A stretch of DNA of 63,986 nt, counting the filler, from Octopus bimaculoides (Eukaryota): assembly GCF_001194135.2 (NCBI RefSeq). It is 5 parts of 4 records of this genome, joined end to end, with 100 filler letters (N's around TTAATTAATTAA, not from the genome) between each part and the next. Parts side by side here need not be neighbours in the genome. Positions count along the whole stretch, not along the records: positions 1 to 28,351 come from NC_068983.1; 4 more parts are not named here. One strand, written 5' to 3'. The notes beneath the pieces were generated by a model. The model made no database searches and was not told the origin of the DNA. It saw nothing but the letters and a program-made list of their open reading frames with translations. A program made the position numbers and the translations under genes. Below are positions 1 to 12,499 of this stretch, piece by piece (the first letter of the stretch is position 1; the number at the start of each line of letters is the position of its first letter).

Positions 1-95
1 TATAAATATATATATATATACATGACGTTATCTTTTACTTTTTTCAGTCATTGGATTGAGGATATATTAGGGAACTTTGGGGCGTTTAGTCGAGC

Positions 96-137
<42 letters not shown>

Positions 138-182
138 ATACAGCAGATGATCTGCATGATCAAAAATATAGTATTTCCTTGG

Positions 183-217
<35 letters not shown>

Positions 218-802
218 GGCAAATAGTCTCTTCAACAGATACACACGCTCAGACGACCCATGTACACACGCGCACACATAAATACATATCGTTGTGTGTA
301 GAGGCAGTATAATATATCTAATTGGAACGTTCGAAAGTAGACGTTTACAGCGTCTTTTATTCCTCACCGGCGCTTCCGTGTGTATTTGGGACATTGTCAA
401 TAGGGAGAGAGACATACATCAAAATGTGTGTTATCTTGTTATGGCGATTATATTTAAGAGATATAATTACAAACCCAAATGAGTGGCTTACTCGACAAAA
501 TACTAGTTGGACAGACATATGTGGTCTGTTTGACAATTCGATTATAGTTATTAGACGATAGATCGATCGATCCTTCCGCAAGTACAACAACAGTTCGAAT
601 ATTTACACAAGCCAAACGATTAAAAAACTTGGCAACCAATCGTAACGTAACAGAAATTGTGTTCTGTTGTTGTTGTCGACGCTCGCCCACACCGACAAAT
701 TACACCTTATTGTATCAGAATAGGAATTGTTAGGAAAATAACACCATCAGAAACATTGCTTTTAAACACAAGATTGATTCTGATTTGTCTAAAAATTGTA
801 TG

Positions 803-852
<50 letters not shown>

Positions 853-3842
853 GTGTGTGTGTATGTGTGTGGTGTGCGTGTGTGTTGTTGCTATATGAAG
901 TGTTTTTACCATAATTTACAACCTCAACGAGACAGCAGTATAATTATAACATATAGATGTGTAATAAAATATTGTATTAAAAAAAATGCGTGACATAATT
1001 GATTTGGCCATTAAGATACTATTTAAAGACGACTTCATAATATTGTGTCTGTCTATCGATGTATTCTAGTCTAGCAATTCATATTGTTGATTCAGAAAAG
1101 AAAAGGCAGCTCCAAATATTGCTTTAAGGGATCCGAGAGTGGTCGGAGTTTGTATTGGAGTTATCCTCGAACCAGGTTCTTGGCTGGAAGTATTGGAGCA
1201 AGGTAGACTAAAAATACTCGGGAATCAGTTCCTGGTATTAAACAGAGCAACGGATTAAAGTAACTTCCCGACAACACAAATGTTTCTGTCCACCCGACAT
1301 TATAGAAACAGAGTATCGCATTCCACCTAACAGAATCTCTGGTCTTTTCTGTAACGGAAGATTTTTTCATTTCAAGAAATTTTCAGGTTTCATTTGTTTT
1401 CTGTTTTGTCCGAATAAAAACGAAGTCACACCTGCCGGATGACAGAAGTAAGTCTATAGGCTAGTTAGGGATAAAAAATAATGTGAAACAATGCATCTGC
1501 TGACCAATGGCTGCAGTAAAGTTGTGAGTAGATCTTTGATACAATCAAATTTGGGTTTTAGATGACTTTTTTGTGTGTACGTGTGGGGCTGGTTTCTTAG
1601 CAGAACACTCACACACACACACACACACACACACAGATATACACACACACAGACATACACACACGCAAGCCTTTAGCAGAAAACATTTGATTAATGAGCT
1701 GCACATTGGTTGCGAAGTTGTTACAAAACGATCTTCCGACAAAGGCAACCATACATCCATACAACCATACCGCTTGTCGTCCCTCTCTAAGAAGTAAATT
1801 ATGAAAAGTTCCAATTCAAAATGGAAGGAACACCCATTTAATAAACGGATAACATGGCAGGCTCCATAATGCTGGGAAGGTACCGAGTATCATCACACTT
1901 TCAAAGCTATTTCTCATCACATAACTTGTTATGGACTTCTCTGTGGATGAGTTATTTTCAGTTGCACTTCTCCATTCATTCACCAATGAAACGAAAACAG
2001 TTTTCATTCCTGTATAAAAGCAAAAATGTTATACAACCTTGTTTTGTCAAAGAAGTATCAAGTCGGTCAGGATGAAACTGTCACTGTCAACGAGCAAAAG
2101 CTGCAAGTACGGGATAAGACAGAAAGACTTCCCAGACTGTAAAGTATGGGAGGTTATTTTGCCGCAGACTGCATTATTCGTAAACGGAAAGAAAAGGTTA
2201 AGCCGAGACGCGAACTTGTATCGCTTACTCGTACCTTGTATTAACTTTCATTCCTATTTCAATTTATAGAATATTAATCCCACCAAACGAATAAAGGATA
2301 ATAATTTTAATTATTGTAAAGCAATTCCAATATATGTCGTAGCAGAACCTGTTTCATTGAGTAAAGAAATAGTTTCACCTTTTTATTGGAAACATTTCAA
2401 TTTCACTTTCCTATATTGAACATGGCGAACAGAAAGCAGTCATTATCACAGCCATATTGATATTAACACAAACACACATACACACACACATGTATGAATA
2501 ACACGCATACGTAATAGTGTCTTATCAATATATTGATATATATACATATATACAAATTTGTACATGTATATACATACGTAGATAAATACATATATATATT
2601 CATATATGAGAATGAATCAATTTGTACTTATGATATATATATACTTATGATATATATATATATATATATATAAATATATGCATATACATACATGCACTTA
2701 TACATATTGATTCCTATCAATATATATATATATATACGTATATATATATCAGAATGAATTACTGTATCTATAATAATTTTTTGCATAAACACACACACGC
2801 ACACACATGCACACACATGCACACACATGCACGCAAACAAACACACAAACACACAGACATATTCGTGTTTACATGTTCTTGTAACCAGACATACCCTTAT
2901 GCACACCTGGAATTTACTAATCTATATACAATTAGATATGTGTCTCTACACAGATGCGTACATTCCTGTACATTGTTATACATATACACACTTACCCAAC
3001 GCTCACAATCATATGTGTATATATATATATATATATNNNNNNNNNNNNNNNNNNNNNNNNNNNNNNNNNNNNNNNNNNNNNNNNNNNNNNNNNNNNNNNN
3101 NNNNNNNNNNNNNNNNNNNNNNNNNNNNNNNNNNNNNNNNNNNNNNNNNNNNNNNNNNNNNNNNNNNNNNNNNNNNNNNNNNNNNNNNNNNNNNNNNNNN
3201 NNNNNNNNNNNNNNNNNNNNNNNNNNNNNNNNNNNNNNNNNNNNNNNNNNNNNNNNNNNNNNNNNNNNNNNNNNNNNNNNNNNNNNNNNNNNNNNNNNNN
3301 NNNNNNNNNNNNNNNNNNNNNNNNNNNNNNNNNNNNNNNNNNNNNNNNNNNNNNNNNNNNNNNNNNNNNNNNNNNNNNNNNNNNNNNNNNNNNNNNNNNN
3401 NNNNNNNNNNNNNNNNNNNNNNNNNNNNNNNNNNNNNNNNNNNNNNNNNNNNNNNNNNNNNNNNNNNNNNNNNNNNNNNNNNNNNNNNNNNNNNNNNNNN
3501 NNNNNNNNNNNNNNNNNNNNNNNNNNNNNNNNNNNNNNNNNNNNNNNNNNNNNNNNNNNNNNNNNNNNNNNNNNNNNNNNNNNNNNNNNNNNNNNNNNNN
3601 NNNNNNNNNNNNNNNNNNNNNNNNNNNNNNNNNNNNNNNNNNNNNNNNNNNNNNNNNNNNNNNNNNNNNNNNNNNNNNNNNNNNNNNNNNNNNNNNNNNN
3701 NNNNNNNNNNNNNNNNNNNNNNNNNNNNNNNNNNNNNNNNNNNNNNNNNNNNNNNNNNNNNNNNNNNNNNNNNNNNNNNNNNNNNNNNNNNNNNNNNNNN
3801 NNNNNNNNNNNNNNNNNNNNNNNNNNNNNNNNNNNNNNNNNN

Positions 3843-3897
<55 letters not shown>

Positions 3898-4141
3898 ATA
3901 GATATATACATTAATTAAGATGAGACGATGGACGCTTTGGATATTACTGCACGTGCATCAGTAAGAAGTTTATTAACACGTTTATCATAGTACGTTATGC
4001 AATAACGTGTTTACATAAGATAGCACATCTTCAGGTGGAAACTATTTCGTTAGTGTTTCATAGATATGGTTATTAGCACTTCAAATCGTATTTAAATTTA
4101 TAGATGTTTTACAATAGAAAAAAAGCCCCATAAATGTTTGG

Positions 4142-4218
<77 letters not shown>

Positions 4219-4307
4219 CCTACCTACCTACCTACCTATCTACCTACCTATCTACCTACCTACCCATCCATCCATCCATCCATCCATCCATCCATCCATC
4301 CATCCAT
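4142..4307 (+). repeat. Compound tetranucleotide microsatellite (TATC)n>(TACC)n>(CATC)n
   Basis: Read directly from the sequence; unit changes stepwise along the tract. Confidence 0.95.
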
Positions 4308-4315
4308 CGCCTTTA

Positions 4316-4560
4316 ACAGGTCGGCCGGATTTCTTTTGACGTCTAGAAGTATTCCTAGGAACGTCTCGTCCTTTACTTTGGGGGAATGGAATGCTACCTT
4401 GGACACGCATCTAGACTTTATGGGCAGAGATAGGATTATACGGTACCTGCTCAGACGCTTTCAACTGTCTGACAGGTACCGACTCGACAACCCGGATGCG
4501 ACAACGTGGACATGGGGCAACCGCATCGGGTCGTCGAGATCGTATCTAGGATGGCACGTG
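4316..4560 (+). mobile_element. L1/Tx1-clade LINE, internal APE endonuclease fragment
   Basis: Translates [15 protein letters not shown]...FQLSDRYRLDNPDATTWTWGNRIGSSRSYL. This fits the L1/Tx1 endonuclease pattern GD(F/W)NxxLD...LxDx(W/Y)RxxxP....(F/W)TW.....SR(I/Y)D. Both ends truncated. Confidence 0.75.
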
Positions 4561-4973
4561 TGAATGACGGAGCCAACTTGAGCATAATCCTATGAACCAA
4601 AAAAGAAGGGGAAAAAGAAAGTCATTTACTGCAAGACACTATTACTCAAGGTTACCGTGGTCTTTACCGTAGGCTTTTCTTTCCACAGATAAGCCTAATC
4701 TGTTTTCCCTTTTTACATTGACATTTCTGTGATACACGATCCCTATTGATCGGTCCTTCTTTTTCTTTTTTTTTTCACGATCCCTTTTGATCGAAATTCG
4801 ACCCACTTTCTTTTATCTTCTTCTTCCTCAAAAGAAAAGCTCTACTTTGTGTTTTGTCCCATCTGTGTTCAGCCGTGTGTGGCTAATAAAGAAACATATC
4901 TGTTTATATGGCTATATATATATACATACATCCGTACATACATGCACACACGCCTATAGATATACGCATCTAA

Positions 4974-5033
<60 letters not shown>

Positions 5034-6766
5034 GCATGTATATCTATATTGGGGGAGGGGTTGTTATAGCTGATACAATTCATCCGAAAATATGTCAAGT
5101 GCTGATTTTATTAACAGAGGATGGATGAAATGGATAAAAAAAAAATTCGTCTTCTTAGACAGAATTTGAACTGGAGGACGCTTAGGATCTGAAATAAATG
5201 CCGACAAGTATTTAGTGTGGTGTTGTGTATTTCTTGTAAGTCCGCCATCTTTGAGTTTAGAAACAATAAGTTTCACTTCCCGTATATAAGTGTTGAAATT
5301 AGCGTCTGTATTTCACAAACGTGTTACGTTTAGAAATCTTAATAAAGTGAAACTTACTGTCGTTGTTGAAATTGTCGAAACACGAGAGACTTTAAATGCT
5401 ATAACTTCCAAATTTTCTTTTCAACTAAATCACGATAATGAATTGAAAGAAGTCTCATGCATATAAAGATATTTGTGTTTATTGTAACTTCGAAAGAAAT
5501 TTAGCACCAATAATTACGTCAAAGTTAAAACGAAAGCTCTGTCTGTGACGAGAGGTGTTGAAACTTCGACTCATACTTAAATTTCCTCACAACTTATAGA
5601 TTCTGCTTTCTTCGTTTGGTGTTTTTCGAATTAGTCTTTTCTGAAAATTTGACTGAATCATGAAAGCCAAAATTAGAAATTTGTTGGCTCAGAGAAGGAG
5701 ACTCTTGATGTTTCACCACGAAAAAAACTGACGCTATGTAGTGTTCTTGGAGACGGGCTTGAGATAAAAAGTCACTTCTATTCTGGCTCATTGAGCGCCT
5801 TAGGATGTGGATATTTAGAAAATGTAGATAAATCATCTAGTGGCGATCACCGTAGCGTGACGGAAGCGTGGTCCCGTGTTCTGTTTTCAACTTGTAATTC
5901 CAATTTATTTATAATGAGAGAAAATTTATTTACCTTTACCAAATCCATTTGAAGAATGAAAATCATATAACATCCTGGCATTTGTATTTCTTATTATATC
6001 AGCTAATTCTATAGAATTCTTACTCATTCACGGGAAACTTACAATTGTAAACGCACAATAGTTATTCTGAAACACTCCAGACTTTTGCTCTTAAAACTAT
6101 GTAAATATCAAAATAGCCATCCATTATGTATAATGCTTACACACACACACACACACAAACACACACCGAAGTTGTATTATCGTTATATATTTATGGAGTA
6201 ATGACTGATCTCCTGTAACATGCCATCTCGTATAATCAATAATAATTGATTGAACGCAGAAGTATTGATATCAAATTTGTAGCTACATGATATCGTACTG
6301 ATATATTAATCGTACACACGTCCACATGTAAATATAACTCGAAGCTAAATAGTTTATGAGTTCTACAGCAGCTTATAGAAATACATCTCGTAGATGAGGT
6401 GTTTTCTTACAGTGTTCAGTCTACATTATTCACGTCATTCATAAGGCAACGAGTAATATTCTAGAGATATAAAGACCGTGCCAAGGAATCGAAACGCTTG
6501 AAAACCTGCAATTTACCGTTATGGTCTTTTTTAAAAACTTTAGTCGGTGGAATCAGATTTTTTGTGGTTATTTGGTAAAGGTTTTCTTTATTCCAGGAAG
6601 AATAAAGAGGAAGTCGAATTGTTTATATTTCAATCGAAAACAAGAAATACTTATTTAATGAATGCCCACCAGCAATATCGAAATATCGATTTGTTTCGAT
6701 TAGCGTCAGCAATGAATGCTAGAATTTGATGTGGTTGATGGAACCGGCGTTAGTGTATTATTAGTG

Positions 6767-7005
6767 TGAGCGTGTAGTGGCCAAGTGGTTAAGGTGTTGC
6801 ACTAACAATTGCGAGACTTTGTTTTCAATTACTGAACCGAGTGCTGCGTTGTAATCTTGAGGAAAACATATCATCTCATGTTGCTCTGTGATTACTTAGA
6901 CATCTGACGTGTGGTACACCATGCACATGTTCAGACAACATAGACTAGATGGACAGAAGAAGCTAATCTACTTCACAGACATTTAATCATTATAAATAAA
7001 TCGCT
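6767..7005 (+). mobile_element. Degenerate tRNA-derived SINE (family D)
   Basis: A-box-like GTGGCCAAGTGGTTAAGG head followed by a SINE-like body (ACATCTGACGTGTGGTACACC...). Heavily decayed. Confidence 0.5.
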
Positions 7006-7089
7006 ACTTCAGCAAGAATTTAAAGAAACGTCTTTCTCGGATTAAAAGTGACTATCATCACCATCACTATATTATTATTAGTATTTAGG

Positions 7090-7427
7090 GTGGAGGCGCA
7101 ATGGCCCAGTGGTTAAGGTAGCAGATTCGCGGTTTCGATTCCCGGACCGGGCGTTGTGAGTGTTTATTGAGCGAGGCTCCAGCAGGGGGTGGTGGCGAAC
7201 CTTGCTGTACTCTTTCACCACAACTTTCTCTTTGCTTCTGTTATACCTGTATTTCAAAGGGGCCAGCTTTGTCACACTCTGTGTCACGATGAATCTCTTC
7301 CGAGAACGTTAAGGCTACACGTGTCTGTGGAGTGCTCAGCCACTTGCAGATTAATTTCACGAGCAGGCTGTTCCGTTGATCGAATCAACTGGAACCCGCG
7401 TCGTCGCAACCAACGGAGTGCCACCAA
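7090..7427 (+). mobile_element. tRNA-derived SINE family A, tail type 1
   Basis: Head GGAGGCGCAATGGCCCAGTGGTTAAGG...GGTTTCGATTCCC (A/B boxes). Alignable by eye to copies at 25382 and 35128; ends ...GGAGTGCCACCAA. Confidence 0.85.
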
Positions 7428-7526
7428 TTAGTATTTAGAGTATTTTTAGGATTTCTGCGTGGAATAAAAGGCAAGTGAATCCTTGTAGAAGTTATTTGCC
7501 TATGACAGAGGGCTGAGACTAAATAT

Positions 7527-7729
7527 TGGTTTCGAATTTTGCCACAAGGCTAGCAATTTAGGGGGACGGGGTTAATCGACTACATCGATCCCACTACTCA
7601 GGTGGTGCTTATTTTATCGAAACTGAAAGGATGAAAGGCAAAATCGACCTTAGCGGAGTTTGAACTCAGAACAAAAAGACGGGCGAAATACCGCTTGGTG
7701 TGCTAACCACTCTGGCAACTCACTGCCTT
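7527..7729 (-). mobile_element. tRNA-derived SINE family B
   Basis: Reverse complement of the family B head and core seen intact at 20519-20750 (GAGTTCAAACTCCGCTAAGGTCGATTTTGCCTTTCATCCTTTC on minus). Confidence 0.8.
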
Positions 7730-10633
7730 AAATCGAGGCTAAATATTATAAAGTTTTGTCATCATTTCGGTTTGTGTTTTCCCGCAAAACTCGTTAACTA
7801 ACCAATGAACCTTTTGTTGGTTGCTTGTTCAATACTATGGTAATTTATTGCTGTTGTCAAGAACAGTGTTACGAAAGGACTGGCACGTTGACATTTCGAA
7901 AAAAAATACAGATTGTGTTTTAATGGCAATAACAACACAAGGAGAGTGAATTACCTTGAAAATAGAGTAAAAACCGGCTGGCAAATTCCTTTCACTCTGC
8001 TGGATCATCTTAATACCTTAATAAGGTATTATAATCCTTCATATTGAAATATTGATTGCACATATATCGAAGTAGGAATTCTTTGCAGAGGCATTGTGTC
8101 TTTCTCTACATTGCTCTTCAGGTACAACATGGTTGATTAGAGGAATAAACACTACAAACCTATTATTGGCACTTCATTGTGTCTAGATAAGAGGGTTTGA
8201 GTTCATAATACCTGAAATGGCGCAGCTGTAAGAGAGCAACTTATCAGGGAATACTATTAGTCAGGCGTACATGCCTCATCCAGAACAATACACACATGCA
8301 AACAAATATTTCATTAGTCTTCCACCAAGCCTTCTTCCTTACTTGCTATACAAAATAGATTGGTTTGAATTTTTATTGATTATTTCAAGGTTAGTTTTTG
8401 CTAGGGAAGACTATTGTCTATTAAATGACTCACTGTGTCCTACAGATACTTTCTACGCTTCTCTGATATCAAAACAAAATATAACTCCGGGCAGATCTAT
8501 TCTTCAGATTTAGTCTAAACATTTATGTTGCCATCTACATTAATTTCACCGAGTTGTATATTTGTTTTTAATGTTTTCTTCGATGGTAAAATTGATATCA
8601 ATCTATATTGTTAAGAAAAGTCTCCTTATATATGATGGCATTTAGTCGTCGTATTCATATGAAGTGACTATGTCTGTAGTGTAATAATTTCCGACACTTC
8701 TTGTTCACGCTCAAGTTCCGAAACTCGTGGTTAGTCAAGTTTATTTTATTTGTGAAGTTCGTACACTTGAGAAATGAATTAATAACGCAACACCTATTTT
8801 GGCGTCCTACAAATTCAATATGAAGAATCATTTAATGACAGATATTTGTCACTGTGTAAGGTTAAGTAACTGACTTAGTCTAAACTTATTGATTCAAACG
8901 AAAGAAAATATTTTCAACGATTTCCCAAATGATTCCGACAATTCCTTTTAATTTGATTTGTTTCCAATATGGACACACTGAACTCTAAAATCAACTTGAT
9001 AACTCTTTTGAATATACCTTTAATAGAAATAATCTTCAAGACATCCAAATATAAATATTCTAATTTGAAATCCGCTGCTGCGCGAACTCTTTAATATCCA
9101 CACCTGTAGGTTGTACTCAAATGACACTAATAAGTTGTCTGCTACATGCGATCGAGTGATATTAATTCATTTTAGCTAAAAATCTTATCAGTTAGATAAA
9201 GACATGAGCAAAGAATAAATTATATAAAGCAAAAGACATTCTGCTACAGGAGTTTTTTCAGTGATTATCATTTGAAGGACTTTTATTTATCAAAGTGTTA
9301 ATATTTGATGTGTGAGTTGAAAATCGCTTTTAGAACAGCATTTCATCTCTATTTCCACAACTGAAATCAATACGATGTCGTTTACAGAATTTATAATAAA
9401 TTGTATAAAGTTTGGCTGAAAGATTTTGATAAATATAAGACTAACCAAAAGTTGAATAATACAAAAATAAAATGAACAAACGATTTCATAACAAAATGGT
9501 GAATAAAGAGCAGGAACCGATAAAATGTGTAAATAGACGCATCATCAATATTTATTTCTATATTTGAGAAGATGTCATTGCCAGATTCTGAATCTCGAGT
9601 AATAAAATATGAAATTAGACTCAAAAACAGATTGTTTACATGAAATCTTCAACTGCAATTGATTGGAAAGGGAAAATCGATACATTTACTTGTTATCTTT
9701 GATTGGTATTCTTCATATTTAATGAGATTTAATTATTATGAATAACCTTGAGTATCCTTGAAGTAGTATTTATATAGTATGACAGACAAATTTGTAGAGC
9801 ATTGAAAGTAAATAACGTAACGTCACACTTGACTACGACAAGAGGTCCAATAGAGAGAATATCGAACAGTTTAGCGACCTCAGCGACCCTCTCTATCAAT
9901 GGTCAAAATGCATAAACTTCATTTGACCCAGTTAACAAAACTGTAAGTTGATATCACATGATGTCATACGTGACTAAGGTAAACGATACATCCTATAATC
10001 AACAGGTGGTTTGTCCAATTGCATCTCGGGTACATGAACCAAGCAGGATTTGGTTGCGTCAAACCAAATTTATGTCACAACAAAGAGTTTCACACACGTG
10101 ATTTCTCTGGCGGTGACAACTATTACAAGGAAATAATAATTTCATCATAGTACAAGGCAAGGCTAGAAATTCGAAATTGAAATTGAGGAATTATAAGGAA
10201 AAAAAAGATGCATAGAACACACATATTAAATCTGTGTTTACTTAATACGAAGTTCTTAAAATTTGCTGTCCTTGATAATCATGCATAACACTGTTTCATT
10301 CTTCTTAGAACATGTCGACGTGACATAAACCGCGACTTGTTAACTAAACGTTTTATGAAATGAGACATTTTGAGAGTCACTCCATATAAAGACTTTTTCG
10401 ATCAAGTAGAATATTAAATAACGGACAGCCATTCAGTATAAAACAGTTGTATAAAATAATATAAATATTGCAAGTGTTTTAATGGAATGTAGTTTAAGGG
10501 TTACTAATTAATGTTATTGATACCATCTAAAGGACCTTATTAGGTGTAGGATAAAAGAAAAACAATCCTACATGTTTGTGTGAAGGGAGCCAGCTTTCCT
10601 TCTTCATAGTTGTTCAAAAATTAATTATAGTAC

Positions 10634-10795
10634 GGCGTGGCCGTGTGGTAAGAAGCTTGGTTCCCAACCACATGGCTTCGAGTTCAGTTCGACTGTGTGG
10701 AACCTTGGTTAAGTGTCTTCTAGTACAGCCTCGGGCCAACCAAAGTTTTGTAAATGGATTTGGTAGACGGAAACTGAAAGAAGCCTGTCCTATAA

Positions 10796-10830
<35 letters not shown>

Positions 10831-12075
10831 GTAGTATATTGCCACTTAAGTATGGCTGACCCCTAGGGGTGGATGTTACTGTTGCTTTTAGCCCCAGGAG
10901 GACATCTCCTCCAGCTGGCTTATCGACACACGACTGTGTCCTGTTTGCCAAGGGAAGTTATCNNNNNNNNNNNNNNNNNNNNNNNNNNNNNNNNNNNNNN
11001 NNNNNNNNNNNNNNNNNNNNNNNNNNNNNNNNNNNNNNNNNNNNNNNNNNNNNNNNNNNNNNNNNNNNNNNNNNNNNNNNNNNNNNNNNNNNNNNNNNNN
11101 NNNNNNNNNNNNNNNNNNNNNNNNNNNNNNNNNNNNNNNNNNNNNNNNNNNNNNNNNNNNNNNNNNNNNNNNNNNNNNNNNNNNNNNNNNNNNNNNNNNN
11201 NNNNNNNNNNNNNNNNNNNNNNNNNNNNNNNNNNNNNNNNNNNNNNNNNNNNNNNNNNNNNNNNNNNNNNNNNNNNNNNNNNNNNNNNNNNNNNNNNNNN
11301 NNNNNNNNNNNNNNNNNNNNNNNNNNNNNNNNNNNNNNNNNNNNNNNNNNNNNNNNNNNNNNNNNNNNNNNNNNNNNNNNNNNNNNNNNNNNNNNNNNNN
11401 NNNNNNNNNNNNNNNNNNNNNNNNNNNNNNNNNNNNNNNNNNNNNNNNNNNNNNNNNNNNNNNNNNNNNNNNNNNNNNNNNNNNNNNNNNNNNNNNNNNN
11501 NNNNNNNNNNNNNNNNNNNNNNNNNNNNNNNNNNNNNNNNNNNNNNNNNNNNNNNNNNNNNNNNNNNNNNNNNNNNNNNNNNNNNNNNNNNNNNNNNNNN
11601 NNNNNNNNNNNNNNNNNNNNNNNNNNNNNNNNNNNNNNNNNNNNNNNNNNNNNNNNNNNNNNNNNNNNNNNNNNNNNNNNNNNNNNNNNNNNNNNNNNNN
11701 NNNNNNNNNNNNNNNNNNNNNNNNNNNNNNNNNNNNNNNNNNNNNNNNNNNNNNNNNNNNNNNNNNNNNNNNNNNNNNNNNNNNNNNNNNNNNNNTATAT
11801 ATATATATATATATACATATAAATGTATATGTATATGTGTGTGTATGTGTGTGTGTATGTCTTTGTATCTGTGTTTGTCCACCACGACAGATTGACAACC
11901 AGTGTTGATGTGGTTATATCCCCGTAACTTAGCGGTTTGACAAAAGGGATTGATAGAATAAGTACCAGGCTTACAAAAAAAGAAGTACTGGGTTGATTCA
12001 TTCGATTAAGAGTTCTTCAAGCTGGTGCCCCAGCATGGCCGCAGTCAAATGACTGAAACAAGTGAAAGTTAAAAG
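10634..12075 (+). mobile_element. SINE family C (head 10634-10790, internal (TA)n, body 11858-12075), interrupted by an insertion and a gap
   Basis: Head GGCGTGGCCGTGTGGTAAGAAGC...GGAAACTGAAAGAAGCCTGTC. Body TGTGTTTGTCC...CAGCATGGCCGCAGTCAAATGACTGAAACAAG matches the copies at 20852, 32790 and 59929. Confidence 0.75.
10830..10962 (-). mobile_element. RTE-type LINE 3' UTR, remainder probably in the gap
   Basis: Minus strand TAACTTCCCTTGGCAAACAGGACACAGTCGTGTGTCGATAAGCCAGCT aligns by eye with TAAGTTTCTTAGGCAATGGCTTTTCTCGTGTATCGAGGGTGCAGCT, which follows the stop codon of the RTE at about 35650. Confidence 0.55.
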
Positions 12076-12099
12076 GTATGCACATATTTATGTATGTGT

Positions 12100-12313
12100 G
12101 TGTCTTTTGGTCTGTGTTTGTCCCCCACAACCGATTTACAACCGGTGTTGTTATGTTTATGTCTCCATAAACTAGCGGTTCGGCTTGAGAAACCGATTGA
12201 ATAAGTCAAAACGTAAGAATTGGCAAAAAACCGCTAAGCAATTCGCCCGGCGTGCTAACGAGTTTGCCAATTCACCACCTTGATAATAATTATAATTAAT
12301 AATAATAATAATG

Positions 12314-12353
<40 letters not shown>

Positions 12354-12467
12354 TAATAATAATAATAATAATAATAATAAAAGTAGTACTAGGGTCGGTT
12401 CGTTCGACTAAAATTCTTGAAGGCGGCGCTGCAGCATGGCCGCAGCCTAGTGACCAGATGAGAAATA
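12100..12467 (+). mobile_element. SINE family C body interrupted by a family B head (12210-12281, minus) and (TAA)n (12282-12380)
   Basis: The body breaks at GAATAAGT and resumes after the TAA tract at AAGTAGTACTAGGGTCG...CAGCATGGCCGCAG. Confidence 0.7.
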
Positions 12468-12499
12468 TCTCTTGAGACTAAATTATGACTTGTAATTTC

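Noticed and set aside
1700-1780. MVAFVGRSFC resembling the SLC44/CTL motif MIAIYGxxFC
   Set aside because: The flanking residues do not follow the CTL pattern and no other CTL exon is present.
5677-5953. About 92-codon ATG-less plus-strand frame (KFVGSEKETLDVSPRKK...)
   Set aside because: No convincing donor site, no recognisable homology, and a length within chance range.
8255-8310. IVLDEA on the minus strand resembling an ABC Walker B motif
   Set aside because: Bounded by stops within a few codons, with no splice sites or signature motif.
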